From an uncultured bacterium (lineage in GTDB: Bacteria > Krumholzibacteriota > Krumholzibacteriia > JACNKJ01): a stretch of DNA of 64,000 nt. The notes under the pieces are model-generated. The model did no database searches. It was not told where the DNA came from and saw only the letters and a list, made by a program, of their open reading frames with translations. A program made the translations under genes and the position numbers. The stretch lies in NCBI GenBank assembly GCA_963695095.1, contig CAVOFT010000001.1:1120001-1184000 (forward strand), read 5' to 3'. This document shows, one piece after another, positions 18,625-31,669 of this stretch; within the stretch, counting starts at the first letter, position 1; each line of letters starts with the position of its first letter.

Positions 18625-19731
18625 ATGGAGCAGTGGATCGCCGGCCTGATCGCCGAGCACAATCTGCCCGGGCCCGTCTGGGCCATTCAGCTCGGCTTTA
18701 TGCTGACGGCGGCGCTCGTCTGCATCGTCCTCTTTGCCTCCCTGATGGCGGGCCTGCTCACCTATGCGGAGCGGCGGGTGGCGGGCAAGATCCAGAGCCG
18801 CATCGGACCCAACCGGGTGGGGCCGCAGGGCATCCTGCAATTCGTGGCCGACGGCGTGAAGCTGATCCTGAAAGAGGACATCATCCCGACGGACGCCGAC
18901 CGCCCGCTCTTCCGGCTCGCGCCCTACCTGGTGGCCACGGGCACCTTCCTCACGCTGGTCGTCATGCCCTGGGGCCAGCGCCTGGTGGTGAGCGACCTCA
19001 ACGTGGGGGTCGTCTACCTGGTGGCGGTCACCAGCTTCGTCGTCGCCGGCATCCTCATGAGCGGCTGGGCCAGCAACAACAAGTGGTCGCTGCTGGGCGG
19101 CTTCCGCAGCGCGGCCCAGGTGGTGAGCTACGAGGTGCCCACGGGCCTCAGCCTGCTCACCATCGTGATCCTCAGCGGCTCGCTCAGCCTCTCGGAGATC
19201 GTGGCCGGCCAGGCGGGGGGCGGCGGTATCCTGCGCTGGTACATCTTCCACAACCCCTTCGCCTTCCTCGCCTTCTTCGTTTTCTTCATCAGCGCGCTGG
19301 CCGAGAACAACCGCATTCCCTTCGACATCCCCGAGGCCGAGAGCGAGCTGGTCAGCGGCTACAACACGGAGTACTCGGGCATCCGCTTCGGGGTCTTCTT
19401 CATCGGCGAGTTCGCGACGATCTGGATCGTCTCCGGCATCGCCACCGCGCTCTTCCTCGGCGGCTGGAACTTCCCCGGCGTGCCCGCCGAGCCGGCGGGC
19501 TTCTGGGGCGCGGCTCTCGGCACGGGCGTCTTCCTCGCCAAGAGCTTCGCGCTCGTGCTGCTGATCCTGCAGATTCGCTGGACCCTGCCCCGCGTGCGCG
19601 TGGACCAGCTGATGGGCATCTGCTGGAAGTATCTCGTGCCGATCGCCGTCTTCAACGTGGTGATGAGCGCCGTCTGGCTGGTGGCCTTCAAGGGCCGCGG
19701 CCTCTACGACCTCGTCGCCGGGCTGTTCTAG
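18625..19731 (+). CDS. nuoH: Complex I subunit H
   Basis: ERRV..KIQSRIGPNRVG, ADGVKL..KE, PFDIPEAESELV.GY..EYSG, RWTLPR.R.DQL. Confidence 0.96.
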   Translation: MEQWIAGLIAEHNLPGPVWAIQLGFMLTAALVCIVLFASLMAGLLTYAERRVAGKIQSRIGPNRVGPQGILQFVADGVKLILKEDIIPTDADRPLFRLAPYLVATGTFLTLVVMPWGQRLVVSDLNVGVVYLVAVTSFVVAGILMSGWASNNKWSLLGGFRSAAQVVSYEVPTGLSLLTIVILSGSLSLSEIVAGQAGGGGILRWYIFHNPFAFLAFFVFFISALAENNRIPFDIPEAESELVSGYNTEYSGIRFGVFFIGEFATIWIVSGIATALFLGGWNFPGVPAEPAGFWGAALGTGVFLAKSFALVLLILQIRWTLPRVRVDQLMGICWKYLVPIAVFNVVMSAVWLVAFKGRGLYDLVAGLF

Positions 19732-19739
19732 GAGCTGAG

Positions 19740-20225
19740 ATGGGCGCCGTAGCCGACTACTTCGGGAACATCAGGGACGCGGTGCTGACCACCCTCGTCG
19801 GGCTCAGGATCACCACCCGCCACCTGTGGACGCAGGCGCCGATCACGATCGAGTATCCCGATGTCGACGTCGAGGCCACCCTGCCCGAGCGCTATCGCGG
19901 CTTCCTCGTCAACGAGGTGGAGCTGTGCACGGGCTGCCTGCTCTGCGCGCGGGCCTGCCCGATCGACATCATCTACATCGAGGTGGAGCGGGACGAGGCG
20001 ACGAAGGAGCGCATGCTGAAGCGCTACGACATCGATCTGGGCAAGTGCATGTACTGCGGGCTCTGCCTGGAGCCCTGCCCGACGGGGTCCATCCACTTCA
20101 CGCCGCGCTTCGAGGCCGCGACGACCAACCTGGGCAGCCTCTACCACCAGTTCGTCGAGCGCGGCGCGCTGCCCATCTACAAGAATCCCAAGGCGCCGGG
20201 CGGCGCCGCCGAGGCGGAGGACTAG
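19740..20225 (+). CDS. nuoI: Complex I subunit I (2x[4Fe-4S])
   Basis: TIEYP, ERYRG, CTGCLLCARACP, CMYCGLCLEPCP; ATG at 19740 after GGAG. Confidence 0.95.
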   Translation: MGAVADYFGNIRDAVLTTLVGLRITTRHLWTQAPITIEYPDVDVEATLPERYRGFLVNEVELCTGCLLCARACPIDIIYIEVERDEATKERMLKRYDIDLGKCMYCGLCLEPCPTGSIHFTPRFEAATTNLGSLYHQFVERGALPIYKNPKAPGGAAEAED

Positions 20226-20228
20226 GGG

Positions 20229-20783
20229 ATGGGGGTCTACGACGTCGTCTTCCTGGCGCTGGCCGCGCTGACCCTGCTCTCGGCCTGCGTGGTGGCCGGC
20301 AGCCGGAACATCGTCTACTCCGGCTTCGCGCTCATCTTCACCTTCCTCGGCGTGGCGGGGCTCTACGTGCAGCTCGCCGCCGACTTCCTGGCCGCCATGC
20401 AGGTGCTGGTCTACGTGGGCGGCATCACGGTGGTCATCCTGTTCGCCGTCATGCTCACGCGGGACATCGCCGAGGCGGCGAACACCAACCCCATCCTCAA
20501 CCGGCCGGCCTCCCTGCTGGCGGCGGCCGGCGTCTTCATGATGAGCCTCGTGCTCATCCTGGGCAGCGACTGGCCGCTGCGTGCGCAGGTGGACTACGCG
20601 CCGATGAGCGCGCCCCTGGGCCGGGCCCTGCTGGGCAAGTACCTGCTGCCCTTCGAGGTGGCCTCGCTGCTGCTGCTCGGGGCCCTGATCGGCGCCGTGA
20701 TCATCGCGCGGCGCGAGGTGCGCGGCGGACAGAGCGCGGCGGGCAGCGAAGATGCCGCCGCCGGCGAGGGAGGTGCGCAATGA
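20229..20783 (+). CDS. nuoJ: Complex I subunit J
   Basis: ADFLA..QVLVYVGGI.V..LFA.ML, YLLPFEVAS.LLL. Confidence 0.95.
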   Translation: MGVYDVVFLALAALTLLSACVVAGSRNIVYSGFALIFTFLGVAGLYVQLAADFLAAMQVLVYVGGITVVILFAVMLTRDIAEAANTNPILNRPASLLAAAGVFMMSLVLILGSDWPLRAQVDYAPMSAPLGRALLGKYLLPFEVASLLLLGALIGAVIIARREVRGGQSAAGSEDAAAGEGGAQ

Positions 20784-21085
20784 TCGGCCTGCCGCAGTTC
20801 CTCATCGTGGCGGCGGCGCTCTTCGCCGCCGGCGTCTACACGGTGCTCAGCCGCAGCAACGCGATCGGCATCCTGATGGGCGTCGAGCTGATCCTCAACG
20901 CCGCCGGGCTGAACTTCGTCGCCTTCAACCACTTCACGACCGCGGGCATCGAGGGCGGCCTGTTCACGGTGTTCATCATCGTGCTGGCGGCCGCCGAGGC
21001 GGCGGTGGCCCTGGCCATCGTGCTGGCCATCTATCAGAACCGCCGCGACATCGACGCCAGCCACCTGGACTCGCTCCAGCGCTGA
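20780..21085 (+). CDS. nuoK: Complex I subunit K
   Basis: LMGVELILNAA.LN.VAF, AAAEAAVALAI; ATGA overlap with nuoJ. Confidence 0.95.
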   Translation: MIGLPQFLIVAAALFAAGVYTVLSRSNAIGILMGVELILNAAGLNFVAFNHFTTAGIEGGLFTVFIIVLAAAEAAVALAIVLAIYQNRRDIDASHLDSLQR

Positions 21086-21129
21086 CGGGGCGCCGGGCGC
21101 CGCCCGGCCGGGCAGGGAAGGACGCAGGT

Positions 21130-23431
<2,302 letters not shown>

Positions 23432-23470
23432 GGACGTTGCGGGCCGCGAGCCCGGGGAGGTCAGGGTTTC

Positions 23471-24992
23471 ATGTTCTTCGCCATGGTCGACAACGTCCTG
23501 AGCTGGATGATCTTCTTCCCGCTCATCGGCGCCGCCGTGATCCTCTTCATGCCGGCGAGCCGGCCGACCTGGATCAAGGCCGTCGCCGTCGCCGCCACGC
23601 TGCCGCCGCTGTGGTGGGCGGTCGAGCTCTTCATGAACTTCTCGCGCCACTTCGGCGGCGAGCCGCTGAAGCAGTTCCAGTTCATGGAAGGCCCCCGCAC
23701 GTGGATCCCGAGCTTCAACATCCACTACTACGCTGGGCGTGGACGGCATCAGCATCTCGATGGTGCTGCTCACGGCCCTGATCAGCACCGTCGCGGTGAT
23801 CGCGAGCTGGGGCATCAACCGCCAGCTCAAGGCCTACTTCGCGCTCTTCCTGCTCCTGGACGCGGGCATGATGGGCGTGTTCTGCGCCCTCGACTTCTTC
23901 CTCTTCTACGTGTTCTGGGAGATCATGCTGCTGCCGATGTACTTCCTCATCGGCATCTGGGGCGGCCCCAACAAGATCTACGCGGCGATCAAGTTCTTCC
24001 TGTACACCCTCTTCGGCAGCGTGTTCATGCTGCTGGCGGTGATCTTCCTCTACTTCAAGGCCGGCAAGACCTTCGACATGGTGGAGATGATGGGCGCCGC
24101 GCGCGGGCTGACGATGAGCGTGCAGGTGCTGATGTGGTTCGCCTTCTACATCGGCTTCGCCATCAAGATCCCCGCCTTCCCCTTCCACACCTGGTTGCCG
24201 GACGCCCACGTCGAGGCGCCGACGGCGATCAGCGTCATCCTGGCCGGCGTGCTGCTGAAGATGGGCACCTACGGCCTCCTGCGGGTGAACTTCGCCATCC
24301 TGCCCGAGGCGACGCTCAAGCTGGCCTGGGTGCTGGCCCTGATCGGGATGATCAACATCGTCTACGGCGCGCTCTGCGCGATGGCCCAGACCGATCTCAA
24401 GAAGCTGGTGGCCTACTCGTCCATCTCGCACATGGGCTACGTGATGCTGGGCATGGCCTCCTTGACTCCGCAGGGCATCAACGGCGCCGTGCTGCAGATG
24501 TTCAACCACGGCACGATCACGGCCATGCTCTTCCTGCTCGTCGGCGTGCTCTACGACCGCGCGCATCACCGCCAGATCGACGGCTTCGGCGGGCTCGCCA
24601 ACCGGGTGCCGGTCTACACGGGCATCACGGCGCTGGCCTTCTTCGCGAGCCTGGGCCTGCCCGGCCTCTCGGGCTTCGTGAGCGAGGTGCTCGTCTTCAT
24701 GGGCGGCTTCAAGACCTTCCCGCTCTACACGATCGTCAGCGCCACGGGCATCGTGCTCACCGCGGCCTACCTGCTGTGGACCCTGCAGCGCATGTTCCTC
24801 GGCGAGCTGAATCCGAAGTACGCGACCCTGACCGACATGAGCCCGCGCGAGCTGATCACCCTGGTGCCGCTGGGCATCATCGTCATCATCCTCGGCGTCT
24901 GGCCGATGCCGGTGCTGGACCTGATCGGCGACACCCTCAACTTCCTGGTCGGCCACGTGAGCGGTGCCGCTGCCGGCATGGCGGGATTCTAA
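23471..24992 (+). CDS. nuoM: Complex I subunit M (frameshift near 23732)
   Basis: GVDGIS, FYVFWE..L.PMY, PFHTWLPDAHVEAPT, LKKLVAYSS.SHMG, GLPGLSGFVSE. Confidence 0.93.
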
Positions 24993-25002
24993 GGAGGACG
25001 GG

Positions 25003-26508
25003 ATGCTGTCCCTGGGCAATCTCGGCAGCCTGAGCCACTTCCTCCCCGAGGCCATCCTCGCGGGCGGCGCGCTGCTGATCTTCCTGCTCGATCTCGTCTG
25101 GGGCCAGCGCCGCCGCGGCGCCTATCCCTGGCTGGGCGTGAGCGTGCTCCTGCTGGCCGGGCTGGCTGCCCTGTCGGGCACTGGCGCAAATGCTGGACGC
25201 CTGCTGTTCGAGAACATGCTCGTCCTGGACGGCTTCACGCGCCTGTTCCGGCTGCTCTTCGTGCTCGTCGGCGTGCTCACCCTGCTGATGGCCGCGCGCA
25301 GTCGCGAGCTGACGAACGCGGGCGGGGAGTTCACCGCGCTGCTGCTCATCGTCGTCCTCGGCATGATGCTGATGGCCGGCGCCGGCAACCTGCTGATGGC
25401 CTACCTGGCCATGGAGACGGTCTCGCTGCTCTCCTACACCCTGGTCGGCAGCCTGCGCGGCAACACGCGCAGCCACGAGGCGGGGCTCAAGTACGTCATC
25501 TTCGGCGGCGTCGCCTCGGGCGCCATGCTCTACGGCTTCTCCTGGCTCTACGGCCTGACGGGCACCCTGGACCTGGCCGCCATGGCCGAGGCCTTCCGGG
25601 CGGGCGCGGCCCAGCCCCTGCCCATCTTCCTGGCCCTGGTGCTGATCCTCGTCGGGCTCGGCTTCAAGATGGCCACGGTGCCCTTCCACATGTGGTGCCC
25701 GGACGTCTACGAGGGCGCGCCGGTGGCCGTGACCGCTTTCCTCTCGGTGGGACCCAAGGCGGCGGGCTTCGCGCTCACGCTGCGGCTGCTCTACACGGCC
25801 TTCGCGATGCCCAGCGAGGGCGGCTGGCTGCCGCTGGCGGGGCTGCCCTGGCCCACCCTGGTGGCCGTGATGGCCGTGGCGACGATGTTCGTCGGCAACC
25901 TGTCGGCGCTCTGGCAGGACAACCTCAAGCGCCTGATGGCCTACAGCTCCATCGCCCACGCGGGCTACCTGCTCGCCGGCCTCGTGCTGCTCAGCCAGGC
26001 GGGCGTCACCGCGATCCTCTTCTACCTCTTCGCCTACCTGCTGATGAACTTCGGCGCCTTCATGGTGATCGCGGCCGTGGCCGACGAGACGGGCAGCGAG
26101 GACATCAGCTCGCTGCGCGGCCTCTGGCGCCGCCGGCCCTTTCTCGCGGTGATGATGCTGATCTTCCTGATCAGCCTGACGGGTCTCCCCCCTGCCTTCG
26201 GCTTCATCGGCAAGTTCTACCTCTTCGCCGCGCTCATCGAGGGCGGCTGGCTCTGGCTGGCCCTGCTCGGCCTGCTCAACTCGGTGATCTCGCTGGGCTA
26301 CTACATGCGCATCGCCAAGGTGATGCTCATCGAGGGCACCGAAGAAGCGGCGCCCGCGCTGAGCCCCGCGACGGGTCAGGCCCCAGCGCCGGGCGTGCCG
26401 CGCCTGAGCGTCGCCACGGTGGGCGTGCTCGGACTGCTCACCCTGCTGCTCGGCATCTACTGGGAGCCCCTGCGGGTCTTCGCCGAGCGGGGCCTGGCGC
26501 TGCTCTAG
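25003..26508 (+). CDS. nuoN: Complex I subunit N
   Basis: EAGLKY, FK...VPFH.W.PDVYEGAP, KRLMAYSSIAHAGY, GLPP..GF.GK; AGGAGG RBS. Confidence 0.95.
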   Translation: MLSLGNLGSLSHFLPEAILAGGALLIFLLDLVWGQRRRGAYPWLGVSVLLLAGLAALSGTGANAGRLLFENMLVLDGFTRLFRLLFVLVGVLTLLMAARSRELTNAGGEFTALLLIVVLGMMLMAGAGNLLMAYLAMETVSLLSYTLVGSLRGNTRSHEAGLKYVIFGGVASGAMLYGFSWLYGLTGTLDLAAMAEAFRAGAAQPLPIFLALVLILVGLGFKMATVPFHMWCPDVYEGAPVAVTAFLSVGPKAAGFALTLRLLYTAFAMPSEGGWLPLAGLPWPTLVAVMAVATMFVGNLSALWQDNLKRLMAYSSIAHAGYLLAGLVLLSQAGVTAILFYLFAYLLMNFGAFMVIAAVADETGSEDISSLRGLWRRRPFLAVMMLIFLISLTGLPPAFGFIGKFYLFAALIEGGWLWLALLGLLNSVISLGYYMRIAKVMLIEGTEEAAPALSPATGQAPAPGVPRLSVATVGVLGLLTLLLGIYWEPLRVFAERGLALL

Positions 26509-26661
26509 GCGCGCCCGCGGACCTCTTCCTGCCGATGGGTTTGCAGCCCGCATCTTTCCGCTCTGCGGCACTCTCCATGGGGTAGCCATCCTTCTCATTG
26601 CCTGGCCCCTCTTGCGGTATGGCCGCGGCAGCGGTAGCCTGCCTGCGAAGGGAGGTCTAAG

Positions 26662-27510
26662 ATGACAGAGGACGCCGGCGCCAAGAGATCGCGGCGCGCG
26701 ATCGAGCTCGCCCTGTTCTTCTTGCTGACGTTGATTGCGTGGACGATCTGGGTGCCACAGGCGCGCTACCGACTGGGACTCGCGGCGGCGGCCGTTTCGC
26801 TCCAGTCGCCGGCAAACGCGCTCACGGTGTGGGCACCGGGCCTGGCGGCGATGGTGCTGACGATCCTCCGTTCGCGCGGGCGAGGCCTGAGCGACCTGCT
26901 GAGCGGGCTGGGCAAGTGGCGCGTGCACTGGCGATGGTATCTCATTGCCCTCTTCTTCGAGCCCGTACGGTGGTGCCTGGCTTTCGGCATTGATCGCCTG
27001 CTGGGTCGCTCGTATGAGCTGGGTCCCATGCCGCTCAAGGCAATCCTGGGTGCGGCGGCGGCCTACATGATACCCGTGGCTGTGGTGTTCACCCTGCCGA
27101 ACGCGATCGGCGAGGAGATCGGCTGGCGCGGCTTCGCGCTGCCGAGGCTGCGTGCGTGGCGCGGTGCGCTGGTGGGGACGCTGGTGCTCGGCGTCTTCTG
27201 GGGCCTGTGGCACATCCCTGCCTGGATAGGGCAGGGCCTGAGCCTGGGCTTCGCTGCCATGGCCGTTCGGGTGCTCGGCCTGGTGGCGACCGCCTTCGTG
27301 TTCACATGGATCTACTATGGTTCCGGCGGCAGCCTGGCCCTGGTGGTGCTCTACCACGCCGCCATCGCAGCGAAGAACTACCTCTTCCCAGGGCTGCCGA
27401 CCCGAACCGAGCAGATCCTGCTCTGGGTCTTCGTCCTCGTGTTGATCGCCAGGACGCGATCGCTGTGGTTAGGTCGCGACGGGCGTGAAGAACACTGCGA
27501 GGAATCGTGA
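26662..27510 (+). CDS. CPBP (CAAX/Abi) family intramembrane metalloprotease
   Basis: GEEIGWRG, WGLWH, later His; multiple TM helices; GGAGG RBS. Confidence 0.88.
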   Translation: MTEDAGAKRSRRAIELALFFLLTLIAWTIWVPQARYRLGLAAAAVSLQSPANALTVWAPGLAAMVLTILRSRGRGLSDLLSGLGKWRVHWRWYLIALFFEPVRWCLAFGIDRLLGRSYELGPMPLKAILGAAAAYMIPVAVVFTLPNAIGEEIGWRGFALPRLRAWRGALVGTLVLGVFWGLWHIPAWIGQGLSLGFAAMAVRVLGLVATAFVFTWIYYGSGGSLALVVLYHAAIAAKNYLFPGLPTRTEQILLWVFVLVLIARTRSLWLGRDGREEHCEES

Positions 27511-28277
27511 ACGGATCGAGCCGAAGGCAGCTGGCGGGGCTACCTGAAGACGCGGGTGCCCAATTGCCCGCGGAAGGCGCCGAAGTCCTGGCGCGCGCTG
27601 CCGGGCGCAGCGGAGAGCTGGTCCTGCGCCGCACGGATGGGCAGCTCGAGGTCATCGCCGGCGGCACTTTCCTGATCTCGGGCGCGAACGCCGGCTCCAG
27701 CGTGGCGCTCATCACGGCCGGATTGGCGGTCCTCTCGAAGGCCGGTGCGCCACGGCCCGCACACGATGCCGACGCTAAGCTCGGTCTCGAGGTGCTCGTC
27801 GGCGGTCTCGGCCTGGGCTACTCGCTCGATGCGGCGCTGAGGGCGCGCCAGGTCGAGCACGTGACCGTCGTCGAGTACGAACCCCTGATCGTCGACTGGT
27901 TTCGTGCCCACGGGGAAGAGCGCGCGGAGCGACTCGCCGCCGCCGAAGCGGCCGGCCGCGCCTGCGTCCTCCTCGCCGACGTCGCCGATGTCATGCGCGA
28001 GCGTCCGGGCGCCTTCGACCTGGTCGCGCTCGACACGGACAACGGTCCGGACTGGCTCGTGTGTGAGGGCAACGCCGTCCTCTATGCCGAGACCGGGCTG
28101 GCGCTGGCCTACGGCGCCCTGCGGCCCGGGGGCGTGGCCGTGTTCTGGTCCCCCGAGCGCTACGATTGGTTTGCTGCGCGGCTGGCGAAGCAGTTCGCCG
28201 AGGTCAGCGAGGTCGCTGCCCACGACACCATCGATGGCCGGCGGCACGAGTACACCATGTACGTCGCGCAGCGCTAG
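27507..28277 (+). CDS. Spermidine-synthase-like SAM-dependent methyltransferase
   Basis: VLVGGLGLGY, VVE, FDLVALDTDNGP, LRPGG...WS. Confidence 0.8.
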   Translation: MNGSSRRQLAGLPEDAGAQLPAEGAEVLARAAGRSGELVLRRTDGQLEVIAGGTFLISGANAGSSVALITAGLAVLSKAGAPRPAHDADAKLGLEVLVGGLGLGYSLDAALRARQVEHVTVVEYEPLIVDWFRAHGEERAERLAAAEAAGRACVLLADVADVMRERPGAFDLVALDTDNGPDWLVCEGNAVLYAETGLALAYGALRPGGVAVFWSPERYDWFAARLAKQFAEVSEVAAHDTIDGRRHEYTMYVAQR

Positions 28278-31200
28278 CTCGCGAGCGGCGCCTCGGGTGC
28301 CGGCGCGGGCGCGGCGCTCCGGCGGCGGGCGCCGAGCCGATGCCCCAGCCGTGCCAGGCCCCAGCCCCAGCGCGTGAAGATCCAGTACATCGCCGGGAAG
28401 CCGCCGAGGATGAGCACGGTGCTGCTGGTCAGCCCGCCCACGGAGGCCAGCGCCAGGTTCTCCCAGATGTCCTTGGTGTCGCCGCTGGCCTTCTCCACCT
28501 GGTAGAGCAGGGGCAGCATGCCCATCACCGTGGTGCCGCTGGCCAGCAGGATCGAGCGCATCTGTATGCGCGTGCCCTCCACGATGCTGGTCCTCAGCAG
28601 CTCGCGGGCCTGGGCGGCCGGCAAGCGCCACAGGTCCCAGCCGCCCAGGCGCGGCTTGGCGGGCACGAGCGCGTCGGGCCCCTGATCCAGCCCCTCGTCG
28701 TGCACGCGCTCGCGCAAGGTGAGGCGGAAGCGGTTCACCAGCAGGATGGCGTTGTTCACCACCACGCCGAAGAGCAGGATCAGCCCGATCTGGGCAGAGC
28801 TGTCGAAGGTGGCGCCGCTGGCCCAGAAGATGCCGACCACGCCGAGCAGGGCCATCGGCACCGCGAGCATGATGAGCAGCGGCAGCAAGAGGTTCTCCAT
28901 CAGCGCGGCCAGGGTCATGAAGATGAAGAGCAGGGTGAGGAGCAAGGTCATCATGAGCTGCTCCTTCTCCTCCTCGGTGATCTGCTGGCCGCTGATGTCC
29001 TCGGCCGTGAAGCCGTAGGGCAGCTCCAGGCCCGCAAGTACGTCCTTGATGAAGTTCTGCCGCATGCGGTCGGTGCCGATGTACTCCCAGTTCACCCGCT
29101 GGCTGTAGCGCTGGTCCTTGCGCGTGATGGCGGTCAGCTCGGGCCGCGTCTCCAGGCGCACCAGGTCGCCCAGGCGCACGACCTGGCCGCGGCTGGTGGT
29201 CATCGTCTTGCCGAGCACGGCGCCGTACTGGATCTCGTCGGCGTCGGCGAAGCTGAGCTGGACTTGCTTGTCCTCGCCCTCGACCATCATGTGCCAGGGC
29301 AGGTCCACGCCGATCAGGCGGCGCAGGTGGCCGGTGACCTCGGCCACGGAGAGCCGGTAGCTCGCCAGGGCCTCCCGGCGAATGATGATCAGCGTCTCCT
29401 CGGTGCCCGCACGTTCGAACTGGGAGCCGCTGGAGAGCATCACGTTGCGCACGCGGCGATTGCGCTCGAGGCGGGCGGTGATCCCGTCGCTGAGGTCCTT
29501 GAGCGCCTTGCTGTTGTAGCCCGCCAGCTGGATGGTGGAGTTGCTCATGGCGCCGCCGCGGCCGCCCTTGAGATAGGGATCGCCATAGCCGCCGACGAAG
29601 ATGAACATGCCGCCCAGCTCCTCGGCCAGCACGATCAGCTTGTTGCGGAAGAGCTCGGGGGTGGTGGAGAAGCGCAGCGATTCGTCCTCGAACTCCACCT
29701 GCATGTAGGCCCAGTTCTCGAAGCAGTCCACGCGCATGCGCACGTCGGCGGGCAGCGGCAGCAGCTCGGACTCGAAGAGCTTCATCGTCGCGCTGGTGAG
29801 GACGACGTCCGTACCCACCGGCCGCTCGATGTACAGGCGCAGGTACTCCTCGTTCGCCGGCTGCCAGAAGCCGCCCTTGGCCACCTTGTGCCCGTAGGCC
29901 CACCAGGCGCCGTAGCACAGGCCTCCGAACAGGGCCAGGGTGACGAACCACAGGCGCATGTTCAGCCAGGTGATGCGCTGGACGTAGGCCACGAAGAGGC
30001 CGATCAGGATGAGCAGGCCGGTGGCGCCGCCCAGCCAAGGCGCCAGCTCGCGCAGGCTCACCGCGCCCGGCGCCAGCGCGATGCCGGCCGCCGCCAGCAG
30101 CCCAGCGCCCAGGGTGAACAGAATCCAGCGCCAGAGCAGCGGCCAGCCCTGGCGGGGCGCGGGCTCGGCCACCTGCGCTCGCCGCTTCGTGATGCGCTCG
30201 GCCGTTCCGCGCAGGGCCACCGGCAGCCAGCAGAATGCCGTGAACACCGAGGCGCCCATGGCAAAGCTGACGCTGACGGCCAGCGGCAGGTAGAAGAGCG
30301 CCAGGCGGCCGGTGAGGTAGATGAAGGAGAGGAAGGCGACCACGTTGGTCAGCGTGGTGGCGATGATGGGGAAGCTCACCTCGCGCGTGCCCGCGATGAG
30401 CATCTCGCGCGGCGAGCCGGTGACGCGCTCGGTCAGGCGGCGGTGGATGGAGTCCAGCACGAGGATGCTGTTGTCCAGCAGCATGCCAAAGCAGATGGTC
30501 AGCCCGCTGATCGTGATGAAGTTCACCGAGAGCCCGAAGAAGTAGAAGAGGCTCAAGCAGATGACGATGGCGAACAGGATCGAGCCGATCACGATGGCGA
30601 CCACGCCGATGCGCCGCAGGGCCACCACGAGCAGGGCGAAGAGCAGGCCCATGATCGCGAGCGAGCGGTAGACCAGTTCGGTCAGCTTGTCCTCCAGCCC
30701 CTCGCCCTGGTCCTGCTCGACATCGAACTTGACCGGGAAGGGCATGGCCGCTTCGATGGTCGGCAGTGCCTGGCGCAGCCGCCGGCTGAGGGCCACCGAG
30801 TTCTCGCCGCTGCGCTCGGTGACGCGCAGGGAGACCACGTTGTCGCCATTGATGCGCCGGTAGTAGACGACGTCCTCGAAGCTGCGCTCGACGCGGGCGA
30901 CGCGATTCAGCGTGATCGTCTGCCCGCCGACATTGGCGATGACGGCCTTGGCGAGCATATCGACCGTCACCGAGTCGTGCACGGTGACGGTCAGCTCGCG
31001 GCCCGCCTGCCGCACGGCGCCCGCGGGGATGACGACATCGAGGGCGTCCAGGCGGCCGGCGATGCCGTCGGCTGTCAGGCCATAGCGCTCCATGGCCTCC
31101 AGGTTGAGCATGACGCGCAGGAGCGGCAGGGCGCCGCCGCGCAGCTCGGCGTCGGCGACGCCGGCGATGGCGAGGAAGCGCGGCACCACCCAGTCCTCGG

Positions 31201-31669
31201 CCTGATCGCGCAGCTCGTTGGCGGGCAGGGGCGAGATGAGGCTGACCGAGAAGAACTCCTCCACCTGTACCTGCTCGGGCACCTCGGGCACGATCACCGG
31301 CTGGCTCGCCCGCGCGGGCAGGTTGCGGCGCACGGCGCCGAGGTGCTCGCTCAGCTCCAGGCGGGCGAACTCGAGGTTCTGCTCGCGCCGGAAGCTGACC
31401 TCCACCGTCGAGCGCCCGTGGCGCGAGGTGGACTCGATGTCCTCCACGCCGTGGCACTTGGCGGCCGCCTCCTCGATGGGCAGGGTGAGCGAGCGCTGGA
31501 CGGCGCTGGGCGAAGCGCCGGGCCAGGAGGTGCTGATCGTCAGCTTGGGCAGCTCGGTCTCGGGCATGGCCTCGAGGTCGAGGCGGGGCAGGGCGTAAGC
31601 GCCGCAGACCATGAGCGCCGCGAAGAGCATCCAGGTGGCGACAGGATGGTCCACCCAGAAGCGGATCAT
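28274..31669 (-). CDS. RND transporter permease subunit (AcrB family), divergent copy
   Basis: AcrB architecture; GMLLDNSI, TLTNVVAF, GVVVNNAILLV; 1131 aa with insertions. Confidence 0.9.
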   Translation of the reverse strand: MIRFWVDHPVATWMLFAALMVCGAYALPRLDLEAMPETELPKLTISTSWPGASPSAVQRSLTLPIEEAAAKCHGVEDIESTSRHGRSTVEVSFRREQNLEFARLELSEHLGAVRRNLPARASQPVIVPEVPEQVQVEEFFSVSLISPLPANELRDQAEDWVVPRFLAIAGVADAELRGGALPLLRVMLNLEAMERYGLTADGIAGRLDALDVVIPAGAVRQAGRELTVTVHDSVTVDMLAKAVIANVGGQTITLNRVARVERSFEDVVYYRRINGDNVVSLRVTERSGENSVALSRRLRQALPTIEAAMPFPVKFDVEQDQGEGLEDKLTELVYRSLAIMGLLFALLVVALRRIGVVAIVIGSILFAIVICLSLFYFFGLSVNFITISGLTICFGMLLDNSILVLDSIHRRLTERVTGSPREMLIAGTREVSFPIIATTLTNVVAFLSFIYLTGRLALFYLPLAVSVSFAMGASVFTAFCWLPVALRGTAERITKRRAQVAEPAPRQGWPLLWRWILFTLGAGLLAAAGIALAPGAVSLRELAPWLGGATGLLILIGLFVAYVQRITWLNMRLWFVTLALFGGLCYGAWWAYGHKVAKGGFWQPANEEYLRLYIERPVGTDVVLTSATMKLFESELLPLPADVRMRVDCFENWAYMQVEFEDESLRFSTTPELFRNKLIVLAEELGGMFIFVGGYGDPYLKGGRGGAMSNSTIQLAGYNSKALKDLSDGITARLERNRRVRNVMLSSGSQFERAGTEETLIIIRREALASYRLSVAEVTGHLRRLIGVDLPWHMMVEGEDKQVQLSFADADEIQYGAVLGKTMTTSRGQVVRLGDLVRLETRPELTAITRKDQRYSQRVNWEYIGTDRMRQNFIKDVLAGLELPYGFTAEDISGQQITEEEKEQLMMTLLLTLLFIFMTLAALMENLLLPLLIMLAVPMALLGVVGIFWASGATFDSSAQIGLILLFGVVVNNAILLVNRFRLTLRERVHDEGLDQGPDALVPAKPRLGGWDLWRLPAAQARELLRTSIVEGTRIQMRSILLASGTTVMGMLPLLYQVEKASGDTKDIWENLALASVGGLTSSTVLILGGFPAMYWIFTRWGWGLARLGHRLGARRRSAAPAPAPEAPLAS

